A stretch of DNA of 64,000 nucleotides from Escherichia phage AV101, in the sequence record OQ973471.1. One strand, written 5' to 3'. Under the pieces are notes generated by a model. It saw only the letters and a list, made by a program, of their open reading frames with translations. It was not told the DNA's origin and did not search any database. Positions 26,590 through 35,149 of the stretch are shown piece after piece. The position numbers and the translations under genes were made by a program. The number at the start of each line of letters is the position of its first letter. Positions within the stretch are counted from its first letter, which is position 1.

Positions 26590-27924
26590 TTAGAACAGGC
26601 CTTTGATCAGCCCTTTACGGAAGTACACGTTGGTGTCCTTGGCGATACCATCCGCAGTCACATAGACCTGTGGATCCTGGTTCGCTGGGATCTGAACGAA
26701 TGGGTTAGCACAAATCCCGTAGCGGGTCTTGAACGCCATACGTGGTGCGAAGGTGGTTTCACCCTGGGTGCGGTACATTTCCAGCGGCACGTATGGCGCG
26801 AAGAAGATACCAGCATCCAGTGCGGTTGCACCTTTGTATGCCAGGGTGATGTATTCTGCTACTGCATACGGGTCGATGTAGACACGCATACCGTTAGACA
26901 GCACACCAGCGAAGGTCTGGCCAGTCGGATCAATCGCCAGCTTGGTGTTTTCCTGCAGAGCCGGAGCATAATCCAGCATGCCGGACATCGCCAGAGCGGA
27001 TGCTACGTTCGGGGAGCACAGAACACGGTTGCCTTTACCACGACGGGTGTCAACACCGATGCCGTTCGCTTCAACTTCCAGCATGAAAGTCATGTACTTC
27101 CATTTTTCCAGCGCCCAACGACCGGAGATGTCAGTGGAGATGTCTACGATACCGTTGGTGCCGAATTTTTTGAAGCGTACTGCGCTGAAGTTCATGGTGC
27201 GGATAAACTCACGGTTCATCTCTGCCTGAATTTCAGTTACCATCACGTCGGACAGGATGCTGTCAACGTCTTCGCCGTGGATCGCCATCATGTCCTGGCG
27301 CAGTTCGTGGCTGTAGTCAGCGTACAGGCCGCGAGACTTCGCAGTCACGGTTGCTTTCTGAACGGTGATACCGACACGTGCCCATGGGTTGGTGGTGGTG
27401 CCCAGCAGTTCAGCGTCGGAAGTTGACATGCCTTTACCGATGGTGGTGGTAGCAGCGCCGGAACCTTCGATCTCAGTCTGGGTAAAGCCAGATGGGTCGC
27501 CAGCCTGAGCAGTGTCGTCACCAGAGTAGCCAGAATCAGCTTCCTGCATGAACAGTTCTTTACGGGAATGTTGGGTGTTGGAGCCGCCGTCTGAAATGCC
27601 CTGGCGAGCACGCAGAGCAAAGATCTGACCGTCAGGACCAGACAGCGGCTGAACGCCGAAGAAGTCCATCGCGATGTTGACCGGAGCCAGACGTTTGGCC
27701 ATGTCGATCAGGACTGGCTGCCATTTGCCCACAGAGGCGTTCACGGAGCCAGGAGCGTCGGATTCGCCCAGGTTTTTGGCGTTCCACTCAGCCTGGTTTT
27801 GCAGCAGACGGACGGCAACGTTTTCGGCAGAAAGCGGCTGGATGCTTTCAGATTCTTTCTGAAGAACTGGCAGCCACTGCTCGCGCATTTGTTCGGTAAC
27901 AAGTTTCTTAGCCATGATGGTCAT
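26590..27924 (-). CDS. major capsid protein (T4 gp23-like)
   Basis: 444 aa; by-eye resemblance to gp23-type capsid proteins; position after scaffold and protease as in T4; strong terminator downstream. Confidence 0.75.
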   Translation of the reverse strand: MTIMAKKLVTEQMREQWLPVLQKESESIQPLSAENVAVRLLQNQAEWNAKNLGESDAPGSVNASVGKWQPVLIDMAKRLAPVNIAMDFFGVQPLSGPDGQIFALRARQGISDGGSNTQHSRKELFMQEADSGYSGDDTAQAGDPSGFTQTEIEGSGAATTTIGKGMSTSDAELLGTTTNPWARVGITVQKATVTAKSRGLYADYSHELRQDMMAIHGEDVDSILSDVMVTEIQAEMNREFIRTMNFSAVRFKKFGTNGIVDISTDISGRWALEKWKYMTFMLEVEANGIGVDTRRGKGNRVLCSPNVASALAMSGMLDYAPALQENTKLAIDPTGQTFAGVLSNGMRVYIDPYAVAEYITLAYKGATALDAGIFFAPYVPLEMYRTQGETTFAPRMAFKTRYGICANPFVQIPANQDPQVYVTADGIAKDTNVYFRKGLIKGLF

Positions 27925-28006
27925 TCCTTACATTGATATTCAGTTAAGTTGAAATTACTTAGTAGTTCAAAATCAAGCCCCCTTTCGAGGGCTGTGGCTG
28001 CTAAAA

Positions 28007-28858
28007 TTAGCCGTTGATGCCGAAGCGACGATTATAGTCGGCCAACTGACGCTTGATAGATTCTTTCAGCTCTTTGTCTGTTTCATCTTCATCGTCATCT
28101 TCATCGCCTTCTTTCTTAGGCTTTTTGCCTTCGGCTTTAACATCTTTGTTGTCGTCATCGCCGTCTTTACCGCCGACTTTGTCCTGGAAGTCATCGTCAT
28201 CGTCATCGCCTTCTTTCTTCACGGACTTACCTTCTACCAGGTTGCGGAAGGTGTGTACGCGGGAAGCGAATTCGCTTTCGGTGGTGAACTGCACAGCTTC
28301 CAGCAGATTGACAACCGTTGCTTTCTTGGTGTCGACCATACCTTCACAGATACGGGCGATCACAGAGTCACGCAGAGTCGCATTCGCGGCTTCTTTGATT
28401 TGACGGTTTTCGCTTTCGGCAATCGCAGCACGTCGTTCTGCTTCGGTCAGGCGGGCAGTCAGCGCAGCGATCTGGCCGTTTTCGTCGGTGGCAAAGTTGA
28501 TACCAGCTTCTTTCAGAACACCAGTCAGGCCAGTCAGCAGATTTTCAGCCGCTTCACGTTTGATCTGAGCATCGATTGCAGGAGCGTTCTTGTTAGCCCA
28601 CTCTTCTACAACAGCATTCAGGAAGCCATCGACTTTCGTCGCGATTTCCATCAAGTGAGACTCTTTCAGCTGAGCAATCTCAGCCTGATGAGCTTCAACC
28701 AGACGCAGGCGCTCAATGTTGGCAGCGTTTTCGGTTTCTTGAATAGCGGTCAGGCGAGCGGCTTCTACTTTAGATTCCAGCAGACCAGACACTTTATCCA
28801 GGAAGTCGGTGCTGAGGCCGTTAACGCCCTCAAACAGTTTTTGCAATTCAGGTTTCAT
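28007..28858 (-). CDS. prohead scaffold protein (T4 gp22-like)
   Basis: Highly acidic, coiled-coil, poly-Asp/Glu C-terminal region; between protease and capsid genes; CTAAATAC motif upstream. Confidence 0.7.
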   Translation of the reverse strand: MKPELQKLFEGVNGLSTDFLDKVSGLLESKVEAARLTAIQETENAANIERLRLVEAHQAEIAQLKESHLMEIATKVDGFLNAVVEEWANKNAPAIDAQIKREAAENLLTGLTGVLKEAGINFATDENGQIAALTARLTEAERRAAIAESENRQIKEAANATLRDSVIARICEGMVDTKKATVVNLLEAVQFTTESEFASRVHTFRNLVEGKSVKKEGDDDDDDFQDKVGGKDGDDDNKDVKAEGKKPKKEGDEDDDEDETDKELKESIKRQLADYNRRFGING

Positions 28859-28884
28859 GATTGTTTCCTTCTGAACGATTTTCA

Positions 28885-28892
28885 GTATTTAG
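28885..28892 (-). promoter_or_regulatory. late-promoter-like motif CTAAATAC
   Basis: About 30 nt upstream of the scaffold ATG. Confidence 0.35.
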
Positions 28893-28903
28893 TGAGGCTG
28901 AAT

Positions 28904-29572
28904 TCAGCCCAGATGTTTCAATGCGATATCGAGGCGGCGCAGGAAGTCGTCTTCTAACTGAATATTGGTTTTCACCAATGAATCGACCACATGCCCCTTA
29001 ATGTCCTTAGGAACCCAAATTCCTGAAGATTCATCAAGCTGCCATTCCACAGATTCGCTCACAGCCTTTACATAACAAACTTGTCCAGAAGGACGGTCGA
29101 CTGCATCAACAGCAGTGAGCATAAAGCCGGGTTGAACGTCATCATAGCCGTTCACTGACTTGGTCTCACCAAGGCCACGTGTAGACACGGCCAGGTTGAA
29201 GTCTGCTTCAGCCAGAGCACGAATGATCTGACCTTTCGGTGTATTCAGGATCCGCGCTCGACCGATAGCGTTGGTGCCTTCCCAGCGCAAAGATTCGGTT
29301 TTGAGTGCAGCGTGTTCGATATCGGGGAAAGGATAATCCGGATGCTTGAGTTCACCGATTGCACGACGATCCTGGATATACTCTTTGTCGTATGCTTCGA
29401 CAGCAGGGATACCCACCTTTTGGAGATCGTAGTTGCGACCATTACGGTTCACCTGGTTACACATCACGAATGGACCTTCGATGTACATGGCTTTGCCGCC
29501 AGTAGCCGTGGCCGCTTCACCAATCTGAAGGTCTTTCCCTATCGCAGTGATCTCACGCAACAGTTTCATCAT
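28904..29572 (-). CDS. prohead core protease (T4 gp21-like)
   Basis: 222 aa; order portal, small core proteins, protease, scaffold, capsid matches T4. Confidence 0.65.
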   Translation of the reverse strand: MMKLLREITAIGKDLQIGEAATATGGKAMYIEGPFVMCNQVNRNGRNYDLQKVGIPAVEAYDKEYIQDRRAIGELKHPDYPFPDIEHAALKTESLRWEGTNAIGRARILNTPKGQIIRALAEADFNLAVSTRGLGETKSVNGYDDVQPGFMLTAVDAVDRPSGQVCYVKAVSESVEWQLDESSGIWVPKDIKGHVVDSLVKTNIQLEDDFLRRLDIALKHLG

Positions 29573-29579
29573 TCGCTCC

Positions 29580-29885
29580 TTAACTCAGTCCCATCATACG
29601 ACGGAACTTCATTGCTTTTTTCTTACGACGCTCGATTTTGCGCTGGTATCCCATACCCATGCGTTTCTTGGCTCGGATCGCCTTGCGGTTGCCCAGCTTG
29701 CGAGTACGGCGCTCACTGGCGACCATCACCTCACAACGGGAACCATCCGCAGACAGTTTGAAACCAGGAGCACACTGCAGACGGCGACGGCGTTTGCCTT
29801 TTGCGTTCACCTTGTCAATGACTTTCTGCTCATCCATGCGGGAAGCCAGGAAATCAGCGAACGTTGCAACTTCTTCGATTTCCAT
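29580..29885 (-). CDS. small basic prohead core protein (T4 gp68-like position)
   Basis: 101 aa, Arg/Lys-rich. Confidence 0.45.
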   Translation of the reverse strand: MEIEEVATFADFLASRMDEQKVIDKVNAKGKRRRRLQCAPGFKLSADGSRCEVMVASERRTRKLGNRKAIRAKKRMGMGYQRKIERRKKKAMKFRRMMGLS

Positions 29886-29897
29886 GATACATTCCTC

Positions 29898-30074
29898 TTA
29901 CTGGTCGTCGCCGAAAGGACCCATGTCTTGGCTCAGGGAGTTCAAGACATATTCAGTGCCCTGCTGGACCAGTTCTTGGGCGCGAGCGGACAGTTCCATT
30001 TCGCATTCAGCAGCAGCGGCATCAGTATCACCAGCGATGATTGCTTTTACCAGATCGATAGCGGCCATGTTCAT
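29898..30074 (-). CDS. small acidic prohead core protein (T4 gp67-like position)
   Basis: Start at MNMAAID with GAGGA RBS. Confidence 0.4.
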   Translation of the reverse strand: MNMAAIDLVKAIIAGDTDAAAAECEMELSARAQELVQQGTEYVLNSLSQDMGPFGDDQ

Positions 30075-30105
30075 ATCCTCTAAATGTTTTCTATACTTAG
30101 TCGAA

Positions 30106-31800
30106 TTATTCTTCACCACCAGGAGGGTTAGTCGCTGGGATGACGTTAGGTCTGAATTTCAGTGGACTGACTTCCCCGCTGCCGAAGCCGCCGGACTCAT
30201 CTGCCTGCACTTCAGGGTATTTGCCTTCTTTCTTCTCTTTCTCGATCTTCTCTTGCTGGTCTTTGATGTCTTCATCGGACATACGCAGCAAATTGCGTTG
30301 AGCAAAATCGATAGAGAAGAGAGTGCCGATATATGGTTCGATCTGACCGAGAGCCGCCATACGCTGTGACAAGATTTCGTTCTCTTGTTGTTCACGGATG
30401 AAGCTGTCAGAAGTGAATTCGAACTTGACGAACGGCTTGATCTTCTCATTCCAGTCAGCCTGATCTGTAATGCCTTTCAATATCAGCTGACGGCGCAGAA
30501 GTTCCAGGAAGATACCAGAAGAATAACGACGGCGCAGGCTCGCACAGAACTTGTTGAAGCGCAATTCTTCCTGTGTGATTTCAGCAAGATTGGAACCACC
30601 GATGTTGATGGAACCTTCCTCTTGCAAGCGGCTCTTAGGGATCATCAGAGCCTCGTAGAGCTTCTCGCGGAAGTACACCACATGATCCATTTGACCCAGT
30701 TGATCGCCACCGCCTACGTTGGAGATCTCGGTTGCGTTCTGCCCTTCGCGACGTGGTAGCCAGTAGTCCTCAGCGATACCCATCAAATGAGTGTTACCAG
30801 CCACCTTACCAGTGGTGCGATCATACGCCAGACGGTTCTTGAATTTGCCCATCATGGCTTGCATGTATTCTTCGGCCGACTTCTTACCCAGCGTACCCAC
30901 GTCGAGATAGAACGCTCGCTTCTCAGGAGCACGTGTGATCGCATAGATCACCGTTGCATCTTCAGTTGTAACAAGGTTGTTCAGGGGACGGATAGCTGGG
31001 TTCAGCAGGCTTGGTACAACCCCATTCGCCAGAGGCTCTTCACCACTGTCCAGATACACTATGCTCTCATCATCAAACACCAGCTCTTGCTGTGACGGTT
31101 GGAAGTTCTGAGACGTTCCGGACTGGCCAGTGAATTGGTTGCGGTTGTAGTTCGGGTTGTAGTAGTATTGAAGTTTTACGTCATTGATGACTTCGATACC
31201 GTCGCGCATCGCCTTTTGAACGATGTACACTGGGCGGATACAGCGTGAGTCCATCATGATGAGTTTGGCGATACCCGCTTTCTTGTTCTTCGGGTCCACT
31301 ACAACGTGGAATGCCTGACGGCCTTCAATATACCATTTGCGGATCTTCTGATACGCCGTGTTGTCAAAGTCAAGGAGATGCATGATCTCTTTGAATGCGT
31401 CAGTGATCTTCTCTTTGACTTCGTTTGTGATGCCATCTACCTTTTCCAGGTTGATGGTTACAGGAGTCTCTTCCTCTTCACAGGTGACGATGTCGTTGAC
31501 AATGATATCCACAGCCTTACGAATCTCAGGCTGCTGAGCCATAGACTGGTACTCTTCGACCAGCTGTTTGACGTTGAGCAACTCATTCTCAACACCAACG
31601 AAATTGAATGTGTTCGCGCCGCCCTGGAGGATGATGGAACCATCCTGAGAATCGTCCAGCGCAACAACAGTCGCTTTTGAAAGCAACTTCTCTTCTTGGT
31701 TCGTGACCATCTTGTCGGTATCAATCGGCGCTTCTACTTTGCCGCCTCTGCCGAACAAGCCGAAGAACCCATTTCCGAATGCACCATTACCGAATGCCAT
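30106..31800 (-). CDS. portal vertex protein (T4 gp20-like)
   Basis: 564 aa; glycine-rich N-terminus; position between tube and prohead core genes; GAGGA RBS. Confidence 0.8.
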   Translation of the reverse strand: MAFGNGAFGNGFFGLFGRGGKVEAPIDTDKMVTNQEEKLLSKATVVALDDSQDGSIILQGGANTFNFVGVENELLNVKQLVEEYQSMAQQPEIRKAVDIIVNDIVTCEEEETPVTINLEKVDGITNEVKEKITDAFKEIMHLLDFDNTAYQKIRKWYIEGRQAFHVVVDPKNKKAGIAKLIMMDSRCIRPVYIVQKAMRDGIEVINDVKLQYYYNPNYNRNQFTGQSGTSQNFQPSQQELVFDDESIVYLDSGEEPLANGVVPSLLNPAIRPLNNLVTTEDATVIYAITRAPEKRAFYLDVGTLGKKSAEEYMQAMMGKFKNRLAYDRTTGKVAGNTHLMGIAEDYWLPRREGQNATEISNVGGGDQLGQMDHVVYFREKLYEALMIPKSRLQEEGSINIGGSNLAEITQEELRFNKFCASLRRRYSSGIFLELLRRQLILKGITDQADWNEKIKPFVKFEFTSDSFIREQQENEILSQRMAALGQIEPYIGTLFSIDFAQRNLLRMSDEDIKDQQEKIEKEKKEGKYPEVQADESGGFGSGEVSPLKFRPNVIPATNPPGGEE

Positions 31801-31834
31801 GATTAAGTCCTCAACATTTTCTTGTAATTAGTGA

Positions 31835-31852
31835 GGGGGAATAAGATCCCCC
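31835..31852 (-). terminator. hairpin terminator between tube and portal genes
   Basis: GGGGGA-ATAAGAT-CCCCC. Confidence 0.4.
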
Positions 31853-31865
31853 AGCACTGAGGACA

Positions 31866-32399
31866 TTAGAGAGACTTGTCTGAGATGGCCTGGAAGTAAC
31901 GCAGGTCAACAGTGAACTGAGTATAAGAGTCCATTGCAGACATGTCCAGTTCCAGCTGACCGAGGTTCTGAGGCCAGGTGCCCTGAAGGGTCCAGGTCTT
32001 GGTGACGTTGTCATTCGCATCCAGTAGTTCCATGATTACATCACGGAAATAATCATCTGGGTTAGCAGACGCACGGTTGTTGTTGCTGCCGTTGATATAC
32101 TGCTGCCAGACTTCGAATGCGTTGTACGGGGCGTTGTCCACAACGTTGATAAACGTTACAGGCAGAGCCTCGAAGCGGCGGTCACCTGGGAATGGAAGTT
32201 CACGGCCACCCCATGGGACAAGTATTTCCCCGAGCTGGCCTGTTGGGGTATTTGTGGTAACCGCCAACAGCGAAACATCACGGATAGTATCGCTTCCAGC
32301 CACGAAGGAAGGGAAGTTAACAGTCACACGCCAACGGTGTTGGCGCTGAACGCCACCCCCGCGTGACATAGCTGCTCTGAATTCATTAACTGTAGCCAT
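31866..32399 (-). CDS. tail tube protein (T4 gp19-like)
   Basis: 177 aa; placement between sheath and portal as in T4; by-eye resemblance to gp19. Confidence 0.7.
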   Translation of the reverse strand: MATVNEFRAAMSRGGGVQRQHRWRVTVNFPSFVAGSDTIRDVSLLAVTTNTPTGQLGEILVPWGGRELPFPGDRRFEALPVTFINVVDNAPYNAFEVWQQYINGSNNNRASANPDDYFRDVIMELLDANDNVTKTWTLQGTWPQNLGQLELDMSAMDSYTQFTVDLRYFQAISDKSL

Positions 32400-32419
32400 T
32401 ATAGATTCTCCAGAAAGAG

Positions 32420-33118
32420 TTACACAATTCTAATTAGCTGCCAACCCGTCGTATTCAAACGCTCTGCGGTCGCAGTTTTCCTATGATACACAGACGGTGG
32501 TGGAACTGGAATACCCTTGTCGATGTAATCATAGAGTGCTGAATATTTAAGTCCCAACCTCTCCACATATTCACGACAGTTCCCGTGGATTTCGTGTTCT
32601 TCGCCGGAAGGAGATACCAATTTGAATCGCTTGGCATTGGAGTTCTTGGATCCGGTTCTTGCTTTGGCGAATTCAGACAGGCTCTTTGAGAAAGAACGCT
32701 TGACCCCGACCTTGCAGTGTATTATCTCTCCTGTCGACCATCTAGGGTCATCACAGTCTACGAGGCCGATACGCTCTCCGGTCGATGCATCAATAGCGCC
32801 GGTCTTGCCAGTGAATGTTGCACCATCACCGCCCCAAGTTTTGTTGTACCCTTTCTGAGTTGACATGTGGGTGCCATGCTGCTTGATCAGGATGATCTCT
32901 AATTCTTTAAGATCTTTTATGGACTTGGTCTGGGCAATCACTTGGAACGAGAATGATTCTTCACCGTGCTTGCGAATAGCTTGATGGATACCGTAGTCGG
33001 AACCATTTCGAGCGCTGTTACAATGTTCCCACCACCTATGGCTTGGGTCTCTTGTGGTGATACCGATATACGCTTTCCGATTGGCGAGATTTGCAATTTT
33101 ATAAACACTTCCGATCAT
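32420..33118 (-). CDS. GIY-YIG homing endonuclease (Seg-like)
   Basis: VYKIANLANRKAYIGITTRDPSHRWWEH plus downstream Arg/His/Glu positions; inserted between sheath and tube genes. Confidence 0.8.
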   Translation of the reverse strand: MIGSVYKIANLANRKAYIGITTRDPSHRWWEHCNSARNGSDYGIHQAIRKHGEESFSFQVIAQTKSIKDLKELEIILIKQHGTHMSTQKGYNKTWGGDGATFTGKTGAIDASTGERIGLVDCDDPRWSTGEIIHCKVGVKRSFSKSLSEFAKARTGSKNSNAKRFKLVSPSGEEHEIHGNCREYVERLGLKYSALYDYIDKGIPVPPPSVYHRKTATAERLNTTGWQLIRIV

Positions 33119-33167
33119 TTCGATGCTCTCTTAACAAAAACGATCTATTTTAACCTGTAGAGATCAT

Positions 33168-33193
33168 TGAAATGCCCTCCGAAGAGGGCATTG
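33168..33193 (-). terminator. rho-independent terminator (UUCG tetraloop)
   Basis: AATGCCCTC-CGAA-GAGGGCATT downstream of the sheath gene. Confidence 0.55.
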
Positions 33194-33201
33194 TGTCATA
33201 T

Positions 33202-35097
33202 TTAAGACGCCGCGACGATACCACCGCCAGATTCGATCTCGGAGAACTCCATGTCTGGTCGAACGGAAGCAAAATCCAAAAATATCCAATTTATTGAGTA
33301 TTCCGGCTTGAGCCAGATACCCGCGACCATGGTGTTGGCTGCGATAACATCAGCGGTGTTGTTGTCCTCGTCACACTTCACCATCCCGTCATAGATCGCG
33401 CCCATGTTGGCCAACTGGCGGATATATGGGCGGACAGCGTTGCTGAACAACCCACGAGTGAATGCATCGTTGTTCTCACCAAGGTAGTATTTGGCGATGG
33501 CTGCGATGTTCTGCTCTGCCATAATGAACAGACCACGAACGTTGATGCGGTCGAACGCAGATGGGCGGGTCAGGCCAGTCTTGTCGCCGTACAACACGAT
33601 GCCTTCGTTGGAGAAGGTGACGATGCTGTTGATCTGGTTGCGATACAGCACAGCACGCTCATCAGAAGACGCAGACCACGCCATTCGATTATAGTTGTTG
33701 TATTTACCACGGTTGTGGAACGCCGGAGATTTGTAGATACCCGCGATTTCAATGCTTCGCGCCCAAACACCTGCGGTGCCGCCACAAGCCGGAATCCAAC
33801 GCATTTTGTCGTTGTACTTGTCGTACACATACGCCCAGTTGTCATCCATGAAGAAGTAGGAGGAGTCGCGAACAAGGCTTTCACGCCAGGCCACAACATC
33901 ATCCATCTCACGGCCACGGTTTCCGACGACCGTATCGCGAAGAGGAGACACGAAGGACACTGTGTCTTTACGCTCAGTGGACAGGTCGATCAGTGCCTGC
34001 TGCTCAATCAGTTCTTCACAGAAACCGAACACTGGCTTGGCATCATACGCTTCGGCGTTGTTCAGTGCCTGGATAGCCGCAACACGGTTCCCAGTGTAAT
34101 CGTCTACACCACCTTCGAGTTCAATGACACCAGCAGCCAGGGTAGTGGCGAAGGTGTACACCCAATTTGAGGTGCCGTTGATCACGTCTTTGAAGTACGC
34201 ATTGGATCCATCAGATTTCTTAGAACCCTGAGCGGTCTGCACCAGTTCATACTTCTCGATGATCGTACCGGAAGCACCAACAGTGGTGACGGCAGCGGTA
34301 GCAGTCAGACCATTCGCGTCTGGAACAATCGCAGTCGCAGCCTGAGGACCGATTGCTTTGTGAGTGACGGTGACGGTGTTGGACTTCACGACAACAGAAG
34401 AATACACGTCAGACAGGGACGTCAGCGCGGTTCCGATCTTTGTCGCCAGAGTCGCCGGGGTGTCAGCGTCAGTGTACGCCACGGCTTCACCAGCAACAGA
34501 GATGGAACCAGCAGCGGTGGCAGTACCGGATACAGAGATACGATCAACCTGACTAACAGCGCCAGAAGAGTCGGTGATGCGACCTACTTTGTCAACGATG
34601 GCGATATGGTACTCGCCATCCTGCGGAGCATATGCGAAGTTGTTACGGAATTCCCAGGTCGGGAACAGCGCAGCGTCACAGATGTTCACAGCAATGTCGT
34701 TACCCAGAGAGCCAGCATAGCGGCCTGTCCAGGTAATAGACGCAGATGGAGACGCAGTTTCGAAGTCTAGTTTGTTGCGGATAAGGATTGCAGTCTGACC
34801 TTTGGTTACAGCGTTGCGTGCCGCCGGACCGACCACACGGGTCACCCATGCAACAGAGCTGTAAGACAGGAAGTCGGCAATCACCAAGAAGTCGGTCGCA
34901 GTTGCATCGTTTGGCTTGAAGAATTTCTTCACCAGACCAGTTTCACCACCAGTGACCAACACAGGGAGTTCTGCCTCACCCCATTGGAATTTGCCGACAG
35001 TCGCACCCTGAACAACAACGGATGGAGACGTCTGAAGCGTGGCATCACGCTCAGTCCACTGTACGGACGGCGCAACGCTGAAGCTTTGAGTTGCCAT
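33202..35097 (-). CDS. tail sheath protein (T4 gp18-like)
   Basis: 631 aa from MATQSFS (listed ORF start is TTG); GAAGGAA RBS; CTAAATAT motif upstream; position as in T4. Confidence 0.8.
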   Translation of the reverse strand: MATQSFSVAPSVQWTERDATLQTSPSVVVQGATVGKFQWGEAELPVLVTGGETGLVKKFFKPNDATATDFLVIADFLSYSSVAWVTRVVGPAARNAVTKGQTAILIRNKLDFETASPSASITWTGRYAGSLGNDIAVNICDAALFPTWEFRNNFAYAPQDGEYHIAIVDKVGRITDSSGAVSQVDRISVSGTATAAGSISVAGEAVAYTDADTPATLATKIGTALTSLSDVYSSVVVKSNTVTVTHKAIGPQAATAIVPDANGLTATAAVTTVGASGTIIEKYELVQTAQGSKKSDGSNAYFKDVINGTSNWVYTFATTLAAGVIELEGGVDDYTGNRVAAIQALNNAEAYDAKPVFGFCEELIEQQALIDLSTERKDTVSFVSPLRDTVVGNRGREMDDVVAWRESLVRDSSYFFMDDNWAYVYDKYNDKMRWIPACGGTAGVWARSIEIAGIYKSPAFHNRGKYNNYNRMAWSASSDERAVLYRNQINSIVTFSNEGIVLYGDKTGLTRPSAFDRINVRGLFIMAEQNIAAIAKYYLGENNDAFTRGLFSNAVRPYIRQLANMGAIYDGMVKCDEDNNTADVIAANTMVAGIWLKPEYSINWIFLDFASVRPDMEFSEIESGGGIVAAS

Positions 35098-35137
35098 AAT
35101 CTTATTCCTTCTCTGTAGAGTTTCGCTCAATTTGAAA

Positions 35138-35146
35138 GATATTTAG
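35138..35146 (-). promoter_or_regulatory. late-promoter-like motif CTAAATATC
   Basis: About 45 nt upstream of the sheath ATG. Confidence 0.35.
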
Positions 35147-35149
35147 TGA

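Noticed and set aside
28050-28250. Poly-Asp/Glu low-complexity stretch
   Set aside because: It is the acidic C-terminal region of the scaffold protein, expected for this protein class.
11274-33118. Group I or II introns associated with the homing endonucleases
   Set aside because: All three endonuclease genes are free-standing between intact genes with their own RBS; no split exons or intron core elements were seen.
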